A stretch of DNA of 64,000 bases, taken from Myxococcota bacterium. GTDB lineage: Bacteria > Myxococcota_A > UBA9160 > UBA6930. Below are positions 46,638 through 57,173 of the stretch, one piece after another. The position numbers were made by a program, and so were the translations under genes. Within the stretch, counting starts at the first letter, position 1. Each line of letters starts with the position of its first letter. The notes beneath the pieces were generated by a model that did not search any database, was not told the origin of the DNA, and saw only the letters and a list, made by a program, of their open reading frames with translations. The stretch lies in the NCBI GenBank assembly GCA_965223415.1, contig OZ245002.1, positions 1,248,001-1,312,000 on the forward strand, read 5' to 3'.

Positions 46638-47420
46638 ATGGGTCGATTGGACGGAAAGGTCGCCCTGATCAGCGGAGGCGCCCGTGGCATGGGCCGGGCC
46701 GAGGCGAAGCTCTTCGCCGCCGAGGGCGCGAAGGTCGCGGTCTGCGACGTCCAGGACGGCGAGGGCAAGGCCCTGGCCGAGGAGATCGGCGCGAGCGCGA
46801 TCTACCATCCTCTCGACGTGGCCCGCGAGGACGAATGGGGAGCGGCGGTGGTTGCCACCACCCGCGCCTTCGGCAAGCTCGACGTGCTCGTGAACAACGC
46901 GGGCATCGCCGAATACGCACCCATCGCCGAGATGAGCCTGGAGAGCTACCGGCGCGTCACCGAGGTGAACCAGACCGGGGTCTTCCTCGGCATGAAGGCG
47001 GTGATCGAAGCGATGACCGCGGCCGGCGGCGGCTCCATCCTGAACGTCTCCTCCATCGACGGCATGATCGGGATGGCCAACCTCGCCTCCTACGTGGCGA
47101 GCAAGTGGGCCGTACGCGGGATGACCAAGGTCGCCGCCCTCGAGCTGGCACCCATGGGCATCCGGGTGAACTCGATCCACCCGGGCTTCATCCTCACTTC
47201 GATGGGCGTGCCCGACGGCGCGCCCGAAGAGGAGGTCCACGGGGTGATCGGCGCCTACGCCAGTCGCATGGCGCCTCTCGGCCGCGCGGGCGTGCCCGAC
47301 GACATCGCGCGACTCGCCCTCTTCCTCGCCTCGGACGAGAGCGGCTATTCCACCGGCTCCGAATTCGTGGCGGACGGCGGCATGATCGCCGGCTACCCAC
47401 CGCCGGGATCCGAAAGCTAG
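46638..47420 (+). CDS. SDR oxidoreductase (3-alpha,20-beta-HSD-like)
   Basis: SGGARGMG, LVNNAG, YVASKWAVRGMTK. Confidence 0.93.
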   Translation: MGRLDGKVALISGGARGMGRAEAKLFAAEGAKVAVCDVQDGEGKALAEEIGASAIYHPLDVAREDEWGAAVVATTRAFGKLDVLVNNAGIAEYAPIAEMSLESYRRVTEVNQTGVFLGMKAVIEAMTAAGGGSILNVSSIDGMIGMANLASYVASKWAVRGMTKVAALELAPMGIRVNSIHPGFILTSMGVPDGAPEEEVHGVIGAYASRMAPLGRAGVPDDIARLALFLASDESGYSTGSEFVADGGMIAGYPPPGSES

Positions 47421-47435
47421 ACCAGGGAGTCACCC

Positions 47436-48608
47436 ATGACCGAACGTGTCTTCGACAAGTACAAGCCCATCGACACCGACACCCACGTCACCGAGCCCCC
47501 GGACGTCTGGACCTCCCGCGTCTCCAGGGAGCGGTGGGGCGACGCGGTGCCCCACGTGAGGCAGGTCGAAGGCCGGGACGTCTGGTTCATCCGGGACCAG
47601 GGCGTCGGCAGCCCGGGCTTCACCACCATGGCCGGCTTCAACGGCTCGGTGCCCGAAAGCCCAGAGGGCTACCACGACATACTGAAGAGCGCCTACGACC
47701 CGGTCGAGCGTCTCGGGCACATGGACGCGGAGGGCATCCACGCCCAGATCCTCTACCCGAATGTGGGCGGCTTCGGCTCCGGCGGCTTCCTGAAGCTGAA
47801 GGAGCCCGAGCTGATGCTCGAGTGCGTGCGCGCCTACAACGACTTCCTGGTCGAGTGGTGCAGCGCCGATCCGAGCCGGCTCGTCCCGGTTGCCGCAATG
47901 CCCTTCTGGGACGTGAACGAGTGCGTGAGGGAGGTCGAGCGCGCCATCGACATGGGCCACAAGGCGATCCTCGCCTGCTCCCAGCCGGATTTCTGGGGCC
48001 AGCCCACGATCGCGGACCGCTACTGGGACCCCCTCTGGGCGGCCACCCAGGCCGCCGGCGTTCCGATCAGCTTCCACATCGGCGCGGGAGACAACTCCAC
48101 GCTCTTCGACGATCCGGTGGGAATGGGCGTCCGTGCCAGCTTCGCCAAGCAATCGTCGATGATCTTCATGCAGAACGTCACCTGCATCGCCGATCTGATC
48201 TTCGGGGGCGTGTGCCATCGCTTCCCGGATCTCGACTTCGTCTCGGTCGAGAGCGGCGTGGGCTGGCTCCACCCCTATCTGGAGGCAGCGGACTGGCAGT
48301 TCATCAACAGCGAGACCCGCAAGGAACACCCTGAGTACGACCTGCTGCCGAGCGAGTACTTCAAGCGCCAGATCTACGGCTGCTTCTGGTTCGAGTGCGA
48401 CGGACTCCGCTCGGCCCTCGAGGTGCTGCCGGACAACGTCATGTGGGAGACGGACTTCCCGCACCCGACCTGCCAACATCCCGGCCTCGAGGGCGGCCGG
48501 GCCGAGCGCCCCGCCGACTACGCGGAGCGCGCCTTCGAAGGCGTGCGGAAGGAGACGATCCGGAAGGTGCTCCACGGCACGGCCGCGTCCCTGTACGGCA
48601 TCCAATGA
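47436..48608 (+). CDS. Amidohydrolase_2-family protein
   Basis: IDTDTHVTEP, AYND, FHIG, HRFPDL..VSVESG.GW, WETDFPH. Confidence 0.9.
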   Translation: MTERVFDKYKPIDTDTHVTEPPDVWTSRVSRERWGDAVPHVRQVEGRDVWFIRDQGVGSPGFTTMAGFNGSVPESPEGYHDILKSAYDPVERLGHMDAEGIHAQILYPNVGGFGSGGFLKLKEPELMLECVRAYNDFLVEWCSADPSRLVPVAAMPFWDVNECVREVERAIDMGHKAILACSQPDFWGQPTIADRYWDPLWAATQAAGVPISFHIGAGDNSTLFDDPVGMGVRASFAKQSSMIFMQNVTCIADLIFGGVCHRFPDLDFVSVESGVGWLHPYLEAADWQFINSETRKEHPEYDLLPSEYFKRQIYGCFWFECDGLRSALEVLPDNVMWETDFPHPTCQHPGLEGGRAERPADYAERAFEGVRKETIRKVLHGTAASLYGIQ

Positions 48609-49801
48609 GCACGATCCCCGACGTCAGCCATCCCGATAGCTTCGAGAAGGGCTTTCCTCACGCGCTCTTCCGGGAGCTCCGCCGCGAGTCGCCGGTGCAC
48701 TGGCACGACGGCGACTATGCGGGCGGACGGGGCTACTGGATCATCAGCCGCTACGAGACCATCAAGGCCATCAGCCGCCAGCCGCTGCTCTTCAGCTCGT
48801 TGGCGGGAACCGGCGTGGAGGACCGAGAGGAAAACTTCGTCTCGATGATCGGGATGGACCCCCCGGACCACCGCAGCTACCGCTCCCTCGTCTCGACCGG
48901 CTTCACCCCCCGGCAGATCGCGGCCCAGGAGCCCCACCACCGCGAGATCGTGAAATCCATCCTCAATGCGGTCGCGGACCGCGGCCAGTGCGACTTCGTG
49001 GTCGACGTGGCGGCGGAGCTTCCCCTGCGCGTGATCGCCGAGCTGCTCGGCGTTCCCCAGTCCGCCTGTCACGACATCTTCGAGTGGAGCAACCGGATGG
49101 TCGGCAGCCAGGACGAGGAGTATGTCGTCGACCTGGGGCAGGCGGCGGCTGCCGCCCAGGAGATGTTCGCCTTCGCCAACGGCCTGGCCGAGGAACGGCT
49201 GGCCCGCCCCCGGGACGACCTGATGAGCGCGATCCTCCACGGCGATGTGGAAGGCCATCGCCTCAGCACCTTCGAGTTCGACACCTTCTTCCTGCTGCTC
49301 GCGGTGGCCGGCAACGAGACCACGCGCAACCTCATCTCCCACGGGCTGCTCCTCCTGCTGGAGCACCCGGAGGCGCTCGAGCGCCTCCGCGAGGACCCGT
49401 CGCTGCTTCCGGGCGCCATCGAGGAGATGCTGCGGTTCCGGTCGCCGGTCATCTACATGCGCCGCACCGCCACGCGAGACACGGAGCTGGCGGGCCAGAC
49501 CATCCGCGAGGGCGACAAGCTCCTGATGTTCTACCCGAGCGCCAACCGCGACGAGGACGTGTTCGAGCAGGCGGACCTCTTCGACATCGAGCGCAGGAAC
49601 AACCACCACCTGGCCTTCGGCATCGGCGAGCACTTCTGCATGGGGACCCACCTCGCCCGCCTCGAGACCCGCGTGATGTTCGAGGGCATCCTCGAGCGCC
49701 TGCACGATCTGGAGCTGGCGGGCCCGGTCTCGTACCTGCGCTCCAACCTGATCGACGGCGTGAAGCACATCCCGCTGAAGTTCGCGGCCAGGAGCGCCTG
49801 A
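48605..49801 (+). CDS. Cytochrome P450 (CYP124/125/142-like)
   Basis: MDPPDH, AGNETT, EMLR, SANRDE, FGIGEHFCMG heme motif. Confidence 0.95.
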   Translation: MSTIPDVSHPDSFEKGFPHALFRELRRESPVHWHDGDYAGGRGYWIISRYETIKAISRQPLLFSSLAGTGVEDREENFVSMIGMDPPDHRSYRSLVSTGFTPRQIAAQEPHHREIVKSILNAVADRGQCDFVVDVAAELPLRVIAELLGVPQSACHDIFEWSNRMVGSQDEEYVVDLGQAAAAAQEMFAFANGLAEERLARPRDDLMSAILHGDVEGHRLSTFEFDTFFLLLAVAGNETTRNLISHGLLLLLEHPEALERLREDPSLLPGAIEEMLRFRSPVIYMRRTATRDTELAGQTIREGDKLLMFYPSANRDEDVFEQADLFDIERRNNHHLAFGIGEHFCMGTHLARLETRVMFEGILERLHDLELAGPVSYLRSNLIDGVKHIPLKFAARSA

Positions 49802-49910
49802 TCCCGACCCCGGGAGGGGTCGAGATCTCGAGGACGCGCGGCGGGGTGAGAGACCACCGACTCTGAATTGGGGCGCCGTGGTACGCTCGGTGGCGTCACG
49901 AGTGCCGCCC

Positions 49911-51512
49911 ATGCGACCCTGGCTCTACGGACCGTTCCCTGATCTCCTGCTCGGCTGCGGGGGCCTCTACCTGCTGCTCTTCGCGATCCTCGCGCTCGCG
50001 GGCCCGGAGATCCGCGCGGGCCAACCGACGATCCTCTTCCCCCTGATCGCGATGCTCGCCGGAACGCCCCACTACGGCGCCACCCTGCTGCGGGTCTACG
50101 AGCGGCGACACGACCGGCGCGGCTACGTGCTCTTCTCGCTCTGGGCGACCCTGGCCGTCGCGGCGACCTTCGTCGCCGGCCTGTGGGTTCCCGCGGCCGG
50201 CGTCTTCCTGGTGACGCTGTACCTCACCTGGAGCCCCTGGCACTACACCGGCCAGAACTACGGCATCGCCGTGATGCTGCTCCGACGGGCCGGCGTGGAG
50301 CTGACGGGAGACGACAAGCGCTGGGTCTACGCGTCCTTCGTTCTGTCCTACGCGCTGGTGTTCGTGATGCTGCACGGGGGAGATGATCTGCCGGCGGACT
50401 ACGCCTCGCGGGCCATCCGCTTCCAGCCCCTCGGCGTCCCGGACGCCGTTCTCGCAGTCGTCGTCCCTGCACTGCTGGCGGCCCAGCTCGGTGCGCTGCT
50501 GGGTGCTGCCGTGCGTCTGCTCCGCCGTGCCGAGCCGCGGGCTCTCGCCCCCGCCGGGATGCTCGCGCTCACCCAGCTGCTGTGGTTCTCCCTGCCCTTC
50601 GGCCTGCGCTTCCTCGACGTCCACCCAGCCCGGCTGGAGGCGATCGACTTCGACTTCCGTACGCACTACTTCATGTGGATCGCCGGCGGGCACTTCCTCC
50701 AGTACCTGTGGGTCACCAGTTACTACGCCCGACAGGCCAGCGATTGGAGTGGACTCGGCCTGTGGTACGCCAAGGTGCTCACGGCGGGAGCCGCCGTCTG
50801 GTCCCTGCCGACCGTCGCGCTGGGCCCCCTCGGTCTGGGCCCCCTCTCCATGGACCTGGGTCTCGCGATTCTGGTGGCTTCCGCCGTCAACGTGCACCAC
50901 TTCATCCTCGACGGCGCGATCTGGAAGCTCCGGGGGCGCATCGCCGAGGTGCTGATCCGCAACGGCACACAGTCCGTCGGCGAGGTGCGTCACTCGCGGT
51001 GGGGCGCGGCGGCCCTTCGCGCCGTCTGGCTGACCTGCGCCCTGGGCCTGATCCTGTACGGCTTCCAGGTCGCCGAGAAGGAGAGGCTGGTCCGCGCCCA
51101 GCGGAGGGGAGACCTCGACGCCATGGGCGCCGCGTGGGATCGGCTCCAATGGGTCGGACTGGACGAGGTGAGCGGACGCACGCGCCTGGGCTTCGCCCTG
51201 CTGCGCGAGGGCCGGGCCCGCGACGCGCGGGAGCAGTTCCGGCGAGGCCTCGAGCTGGGCCCGCGTCCGGCGACCTGGCGCGGCCTCGCCGAGAGCTATG
51301 CCCGCCGTGGTCGCTGGAAACCCGCGGCCTTCGTGGTCGAGCGCGGCCTCGAGCAGTTCCCCGACGACGTCGCGCTGCTGACCCTCGGCGCTCGGGCATG
51401 GCGCCTCGCCGGGGAGCCGGAGCGCGCCCGGGCTCCACTGGGCCGCGCGGCGGAGCTCGCCCCGGAGGATCCCGTCGTGCGCGAGGAGCTGGAGATGCTG
51501 GAGCGGCCCTGA
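49911..51512 (+). CDS. Polytopic membrane protein with His motifs and C-terminal TPRs
   Basis: PHYGAT, WHYTGQNYG, HFLQY, HHFILDG.IWK within membrane helices; TPR-like helical C-terminus. Confidence 0.8.
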   Translation: MRPWLYGPFPDLLLGCGGLYLLLFAILALAGPEIRAGQPTILFPLIAMLAGTPHYGATLLRVYERRHDRRGYVLFSLWATLAVAATFVAGLWVPAAGVFLVTLYLTWSPWHYTGQNYGIAVMLLRRAGVELTGDDKRWVYASFVLSYALVFVMLHGGDDLPADYASRAIRFQPLGVPDAVLAVVVPALLAAQLGALLGAAVRLLRRAEPRALAPAGMLALTQLLWFSLPFGLRFLDVHPARLEAIDFDFRTHYFMWIAGGHFLQYLWVTSYYARQASDWSGLGLWYAKVLTAGAAVWSLPTVALGPLGLGPLSMDLGLAILVASAVNVHHFILDGAIWKLRGRIAEVLIRNGTQSVGEVRHSRWGAAALRAVWLTCALGLILYGFQVAEKERLVRAQRRGDLDAMGAAWDRLQWVGLDEVSGRTRLGFALLREGRARDAREQFRRGLELGPRPATWRGLAESYARRGRWKPAAFVVERGLEQFPDDVALLTLGARAWRLAGEPERARAPLGRAAELAPEDPVVREELEMLERP

Positions 51513-51518
51513 GATCGG

Positions 51519-52940
51519 TCAGCCCGCGGCCAGGCCCGCCGCCTTCCGCAGCTCCGCGAAGGAGTGCTCCGTCGCCCGGACCATATCGTGGAGGTCGGGC
51601 AGCTGGTCCCAATCGGCAGAGAAGCCCCAGCTGAGCACGCCGTCGTAGCTGAAGAGCGCGATGCCGAGGCCCATGGCGCCCATCAGCGGCACGTGGGGGT
51701 GGATCTCCAGGAGCGCCGCCTCCATCAGGAAGAGGGGCACGCGGGGGCCGGGGACGTTGGTCACCACCAGGTTGAAAGGCGTGCCGAGGACGGCGAGGCG
51801 CGCGCCTAGCGAGAGCAGGCCCGAGCCGGTCCACTCGGTAGCCTGGGTCAGGATCTCGGCGCCCTGGGCACGCTTCGACTTCTTCATCTCGTCGGTGGCG
51901 CGGCAGACCGCCTCCAGGCGCGCGAGGGGATCGGGCTCGTCGATCGGCAGGTCGAGGTTCCAGGCGGACACCCGGTTGCCGAGATCCCCCCGCTCGTCGT
52001 CGCTGCGAACGCTCACCGGAGCCATCACGCGAAGGCACAGACCGTTCACCGGCAGGCCCCGATCGTGGCTGAGAAAACGGCGCACGGCGCCGGCGGTTAC
52101 GGCCAGCACCACGTCGTTGACGGTTCCCCCTACGGCCCGACGCACCTCCTTGACCTCCGAAAGCTGCGTGGGCGTCCAGTCGAGGCGCCGGTGGGGACCG
52201 ATGGGCTCGTTGAACGGCAGGGCCTGGGCGCCGCTCATGTCTCGGAGCATCTCGCCCAGGGCGCCCAGGCGCTCCTGGAGCTGGTGGCGGGCATCGTCCT
52301 CGTCCCGCAGCACCCGCCCGAGCTCCGAGGCGAGCCGCGCCGGCGCCGAGACCACGCGGGCCACTTCACCGGCCGCGAGGGCCACGGCGCCGGGCTGCGC
52401 CCGCGGCTGCCAGCGGCGGATCGGATCCGGCTTCTCCTGGGGCTCGCTCGTGAGCAGTGCCGAGATCAGCTCGGAGCCGGAGACGCCGTCCACCATGCAG
52501 TGGTGCACCTTCGAGTGCACGGCGATGCGATCGCCCTCGAGCCCCTCGATCACCCACAGCTCCCAGAGGGGCTTCTCCCGGTCCAGACGCTGGGAGAAGA
52601 TCCGGCCGACCATGCGCTTCAGCTGGCGCTCGTTGCCCGGGTGGGGGAGCCGGGAGTGGCGCACGTGGTAGCGGATGTTGAAGGTCGGATCGTCCACCCA
52701 CACCGGATGGCCCTCGATGGGGGTGCGGGCCAGCCGCTGCCGGTAGCGCGGGATGCGGTCGAGGCGGGAGAGCACGTACTCCTGGATGCGCTCGATGTCG
52801 AGGGCGCCGTCGTCCAGGCGCAGCGGCCGGGCATCGTGGATCTGTGTCGAGGCCACGTGCATGGCGCACTCGGGCTGGGCGTCCTCGTAGACGAGGAAGG
52901 AGTTGTCGAGCTGGGTGAGCCGATCGTAGGACTGGGCCAT
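51519..52940 (-). CDS. Wax ester synthase/DGAT-family O-acyltransferase
   Basis: MHV, WVDDP.F, LDREKPLWE, HHCMVDG, GNRVS, TNVPGP. Confidence 0.95.
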   Translation of the reverse strand: MAQSYDRLTQLDNSFLVYEDAQPECAMHVASTQIHDARPLRLDDGALDIERIQEYVLSRLDRIPRYRQRLARTPIEGHPVWVDDPTFNIRYHVRHSRLPHPGNERQLKRMVGRIFSQRLDREKPLWELWVIEGLEGDRIAVHSKVHHCMVDGVSGSELISALLTSEPQEKPDPIRRWQPRAQPGAVALAAGEVARVVSAPARLASELGRVLRDEDDARHQLQERLGALGEMLRDMSGAQALPFNEPIGPHRRLDWTPTQLSEVKEVRRAVGGTVNDVVLAVTAGAVRRFLSHDRGLPVNGLCLRVMAPVSVRSDDERGDLGNRVSAWNLDLPIDEPDPLARLEAVCRATDEMKKSKRAQGAEILTQATEWTGSGLLSLGARLAVLGTPFNLVVTNVPGPRVPLFLMEAALLEIHPHVPLMGAMGLGIALFSYDGVLSWGFSADWDQLPDLHDMVRATEHSFAELRKAAGLAAG

Positions 52941-52955
52941 GATTCTCCGCCTTCC

Positions 52956-54359
52956 TCAGAGCTTGCGCAGGATCTCGAACTCCCGCTCCACGTCGCCGAC
53001 GAACTCGTGGAGATCCGACAGGGCGTCCCAGTCCGCGTTGAAGCCCCAGTGCAGGACGCCGTCGTAGCTGAGCAGGGCCGTCCCCAGCGCCTGGTTCTCG
53101 AATAGCGGCACCAGCGGATACGACTCGAGCATCTTCGCACCGTTCAGGAAGACCGGGAACTGGGGCCCCGGGACGTTCGTGACCACCATGTTGTAGGAGC
53201 GTTGGGAAGCAGCGAGCCGGCTCATGCCCGTGAGCAGCGTGGTCGAGGTCCAGTCGCTGAGCTCCTCGAGCACCTGGGTGCCCTGGGCCTGGCCGGACTG
53301 CTTCAGCTCGCGGGTCTCCTCGATCACGCGCTGGACGCGGCGCTGGGGATCGTTCTCGTCCACGGGAAGCCGCGTCACCAGCATCGAGACGCGGTTGCCG
53401 AGAGTGCCGCGCTGGTCCTCGGTGCGCGTGCTGACCGGGACGAACACGCGGAAGTCGATGTCGTCCGTGTCGACACCGTGGTGCGTCAGGAAGCGGCGCA
53501 CGGCACCGCTCACGCAGGCGAGCACGACGTCGTTGATCGTGCCTCCGAACTTCGACTTCACCTCCTTCACCACGCCGAGATCAAAGCGGGTCCAGTCGAA
53601 GCGTCGGTAGGGACCGATCGGCACGTTGAGGGGCGTCTCGGAGGCCGGCGAGAAGGCCTTGCCGAGGCCCTCGACGAAGCCCGTCGCCGCGTGGGACGCG
53701 GATTCGAAGCTCTCCTCCGGGCGCCGCAGCGATTGCGCCAGGTCGGACATCACGCGGCCGGGCAGCCCGATCCGGCGCCGCAGCTCGCCGCCCAGGAGCT
53801 CGAGGGCGCCCGGCGCCGTGCGGGGACGCCAGGGAGCGTGGCTCTCGGTCGGGCGATAGTCGCGATCCGGCCCCATGAACGCCGCCAACAGCTCGACGCC
53901 GGAGATCCCGTCGATCAGGCAGTGGTGCACCTTCGAGATCACTGCGAAGCGGCCGTCCTCGAGCCCTTCGACGAACCACAGCTCCCACATCGGCTTCGAG
54001 CGGTCGAGCTTCTGGGACATGATCCGGCCGGCCAGGCGCTTCAGCCTGCGCTCGTCGCCGGGAATCGGAAGCGCCGTGTGCCGCAGGTGGTAGAGAAGGT
54101 TGAATCGATCGTCGTCGATCCACACCGGATGACCCGTGATGGGGACCTGGGAGAGCTTCTGCCGGAAACGCGGTGCGCGGCGAAGGCCGGCCTCGGCCAA
54201 CGCCAGGATCTGGTCGAAGTCGATCCCGCCGCCGGGCGTGGCCAGGGGCCCCGGATCGAAGATCGCGACGGTCCCCACGTGCATGTGCACGCCCTCGGAT
54301 TCAAGCTCGAGGAAGGTCGTGTCGAGGGCGGTCAGCCGGTCGTAGTGCGTGTAGGGCAC
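52956..54359 (-). CDS. Wax ester synthase/DGAT-family O-acyltransferase
   Basis: GTG start with GAGG RBS; MHVG, LDRSKPMWE, HHCLIDG, TNVPGP. Confidence 0.95.
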   Translation of the reverse strand: MPYTHYDRLTALDTTFLELESEGVHMHVGTVAIFDPGPLATPGGGIDFDQILALAEAGLRRAPRFRQKLSQVPITGHPVWIDDDRFNLLYHLRHTALPIPGDERRLKRLAGRIMSQKLDRSKPMWELWFVEGLEDGRFAVISKVHHCLIDGISGVELLAAFMGPDRDYRPTESHAPWRPRTAPGALELLGGELRRRIGLPGRVMSDLAQSLRRPEESFESASHAATGFVEGLGKAFSPASETPLNVPIGPYRRFDWTRFDLGVVKEVKSKFGGTINDVVLACVSGAVRRFLTHHGVDTDDIDFRVFVPVSTRTEDQRGTLGNRVSMLVTRLPVDENDPQRRVQRVIEETRELKQSGQAQGTQVLEELSDWTSTTLLTGMSRLAASQRSYNMVVTNVPGPQFPVFLNGAKMLESYPLVPLFENQALGTALLSYDGVLHWGFNADWDALSDLHEFVGDVEREFEILRKL

Positions 54360-54571
54360 GGACGCCTCCTCTTCCCCGGAGACATTGTGCAGGTTTCGCG
54401 CCCAGCCCGCCCCCGCTGGCTGGCGCCCTCGGAGCCGCCCGGGCGCCCCCACTGCACCCTTTCGCCTCGAAGCGGGGCGTCGCGCCTCGTCTCCTTCCGG
54501 GGCGCCCCCCGGCATCGCCCTCGGGAGCTGGCACGGAACCTGCGTCTTGGGGAGGCCGAGGAGGATCCGCC

Positions 54572-54979
54572 GTGAAGCCCTGCGCACCGTTGATCGTCGG
54601 CCTGGCCCTCGGTCTCGCCCTGTCCGGAGCCGCCGCTGCCGACGAGGGTGAGCGCACCGGCGAGCTCGAGTTCACGAAGTACTGCAGCTCCTGCCACGGA
54701 GCCAACGCCACCGGCGTCGGCCCGGTCGCGGAGGTGCTCGACCCGAAGCCCGCAGATCTCACCCGCATCGCTGCACGTCGCGAGGGCGTGTTCCCGGAGG
54801 TCGAGATCCAGCGGATCATCGACGGACGCGATCCGGTGCGCGCTCACGGTGCCAAGCAGATGCCCGTCTGGGGAGAGATCTTCCGCGGCGAGCTCGGCCC
54901 GGGCCCGGCAGGCGAGTCCGCCGCCCGCGGCAAGGCGTGGCTGATCATCCGTTACCTGAAGACGATCCAGGTGGAGTAG
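54572..54979 (+). CDS. Exported monoheme cytochrome c
   Basis: AGGAGG RBS, signal peptide, CSSCH, PADLT, distal-Met MPVWG. Confidence 0.9.
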   Translation: MKPCAPLIVGLALGLALSGAAAADEGERTGELEFTKYCSSCHGANATGVGPVAEVLDPKPADLTRIAARREGVFPEVEIQRIIDGRDPVRAHGAKQMPVWGEIFRGELGPGPAGESAARGKAWLIIRYLKTIQVE

Positions 54980-54989
54980 CCGCCGGGCT

Positions 54990-57134
54990 TCAGCCGGCCG
55001 CCGGCCGGACATTCACCGGAATCGCGCTCTGGAGTGCCAGGCCGGTGGAGGGGTCGTAGCGGGTATCGGCAGACGTCAGCAGCTGGACGTTCGAGCCCTT
55101 CTCGCGGGTCGGTCGCGGATCGGCGGGGTTCCCCCAACCGAAGGCGAAGGCGATCGTGCCGGGGCCGACGCCGTCGCTCGCCTCGACGATGCCCTCCACC
55201 CGGCCGTGCTCGTTCTCGACCCACACCGTGTCGCCGTCCTCGAGCCCACGCTCCCGCATGGCCACCGGATGCATGAGCACCGGGTTGTAGCTGCGCTTTC
55301 GCGCGAGGGAGGGCAGGTTCTGCCCCTGGCTGCAGTACACCTCGGGCATGCGGTAGGTGATCATGCGGAAGGCGAACTCTTCGCCCGGCGCGTAGCCGCC
55401 GCCCGCAAGGACCTCCTCGCCGCGGACCTCGCGCAGCTCGGCCAAGACCGCCGGGTGCCCCGCAGCCATCTTCCGGTCCGGGTGGCCGATCATGTTGGGG
55501 ATCACGCCGCCGGCCTGCATGTGCCGCTCCGCGAAGGCCAGGCCGCTCGGGTGCCCCCGCAGCTCGTCCAGCGGAACCCGCGCGTGGCGGTACATGGCGT
55601 CGAGGAGCTCGTCGGTCGTGGGCGTCGCCTCCGGCGTGAGGTGACCCACGCGCAGGGGCAGGCCCAGCCGCCCGGCGAGCTCCCAGAACACCTTCCACTC
55701 CTCGATCGTCCCCGCCGGCGCTTCCACCACCGGCGCCGTGTACTGGCCGAAGGGGAACGGGTAGCTGGCGTCCATGAGCTTCGAGACGTCGGGCCGCTCG
55801 AAGGGGTGCCGCACGGCGAACACGTAGTCGGCGGCCTCGGCGGTGGCCGAGCGGAAGAGATCCAGCACGACCAGGAGCTCCAGGTCCCGGAGGGCGCGCT
55901 GCGCCCGCTCCGTCTCCGCGAACACGAGGGCCGGATTGCCGCCGTTCACGATGAGCGCGCGGATCCGCCCCTCGCCCGGCGTGAGGATCTCGTCGGCAAG
56001 GGTGCTGGTCGGCATCTCGTGATAGGCGCCGAACAAGCCCGGCAGGCCGGAGATGCCTCGAATTCGCGACTTCGGAGGCGTGTCGATGGGAATCGGGCGG
56101 GAGTCCTCGGTGAACTGGTGGCCCAGGGCGCCCTCGCTGCGGGTCATGCCGCCGGGCCGGTCGTAGCGGCCGCAGATCCCGTTGAGGGTCATGACCAGCT
56201 GGGTCGCCAGGTTGTGATGGGGAGCCATGTGCATGCCCGTGCCGCTGATGGCGCCGCCGCTCTCGGCGCCCGCGAAGCGGACGGCCGCCTCTTCGATGAG
56301 CGCGGCGGGGACTCCAGTGCGCCGCTCCGCATACTCCAGGTCGAAGCCCTCGAGGGCCGCGTTCAGCTCGGCCACGCCGCTCACGAAGCGGTCCGCGTAG
56401 TCGCGATCGTGAAGGCCGCGATCCAGGATCACCTTCAGCATGGCCGCCAGCAGCGTCGCGTCCTCACCCGGCTTCACCTGGAGATGCAGGTCGGCGCTCC
56501 GGGCCGCGTCGGAGCGCCGCGGGTCGACGACGATCAGCACCGCGCCTCGTTGCCGGGCATCGCGGATCCGCCGCGCGGGCGCCGACTGGCCCATGTTGAG
56601 CTGGTGGGAGCGGGCGGGATTGGTGCCCACGAACAGCAGGCAATCCGCCCGCTCGACGTCGAGGAGGTTGCAGGGAACGGGCCCGCCGAAGAAGCGGTTG
56701 CCGGCCACCGCGAGGCTCGGCGAATCGATCGTGAAGGACGTGTACATCCGGCTCGAGCCCAGGGCCTGGAGCCAGCGCCGCACGAACCAGGGGCCACCCG
56801 CGGATGTCCGGTGGCCGCCGCAGCCTGTGTAGACCGCCACGGCGTCGGCTCCGTGGCGCGCGACCACGTCGCCGAGCCGCTCGGCCACCTCGTCGAGGGC
56901 CCGGCCTACCGGGAGGTCGGCCCAGCCCTCGCCGTCCCGGCGCTGGGGCGCGAGGAGGCGATCCGGATGGTGGACGCGCTCCACCTCAGCCCGGCCCTTC
57001 GCGCAGGTGTAGCCCCGGGTCACCTCGTTGTCGTGGTCTCCGCGCACGGCGACCACCCGTCCGTCGTCCACGTCGACCTCGAGGCCGCAGAACACGTGAC
57101 AGAAGCGACAGAAGGTCTTGTGGGTCTCGGGCAT
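54990..57134 (-). CDS. Molybdopterin (bis-MGD)-dependent oxidoreductase
   Basis: CRFCHVFCG...CAKG Fe-S motif, GTNP, DPRR, KPGED, GGNP, C-terminal dinucleotide-binding domain. Confidence 0.92.
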   Translation of the reverse strand: MPETHKTFCRFCHVFCGLEVDVDDGRVVAVRGDHDNEVTRGYTCAKGRAEVERVHHPDRLLAPQRRDGEGWADLPVGRALDEVAERLGDVVARHGADAVAVYTGCGGHRTSAGGPWFVRRWLQALGSSRMYTSFTIDSPSLAVAGNRFFGGPVPCNLLDVERADCLLFVGTNPARSHQLNMGQSAPARRIRDARQRGAVLIVVDPRRSDAARSADLHLQVKPGEDATLLAAMLKVILDRGLHDRDYADRFVSGVAELNAALEGFDLEYAERRTGVPAALIEEAAVRFAGAESGGAISGTGMHMAPHHNLATQLVMTLNGICGRYDRPGGMTRSEGALGHQFTEDSRPIPIDTPPKSRIRGISGLPGLFGAYHEMPTSTLADEILTPGEGRIRALIVNGGNPALVFAETERAQRALRDLELLVVLDLFRSATAEAADYVFAVRHPFERPDVSKLMDASYPFPFGQYTAPVVEAPAGTIEEWKVFWELAGRLGLPLRVGHLTPEATPTTDELLDAMYRHARVPLDELRGHPSGLAFAERHMQAGGVIPNMIGHPDRKMAAGHPAVLAELREVRGEEVLAGGGYAPGEEFAFRMITYRMPEVYCSQGQNLPSLARKRSYNPVLMHPVAMRERGLEDGDTVWVENEHGRVEGIVEASDGVGPGTIAFAFGWGNPADPRPTREKGSNVQLLTSADTRYDPSTGLALQSAIPVNVRPAAG

Positions 57135-57173
57135 GGATCGAGGATACCGTAGGAGCCACGAACAGGAGGACGC

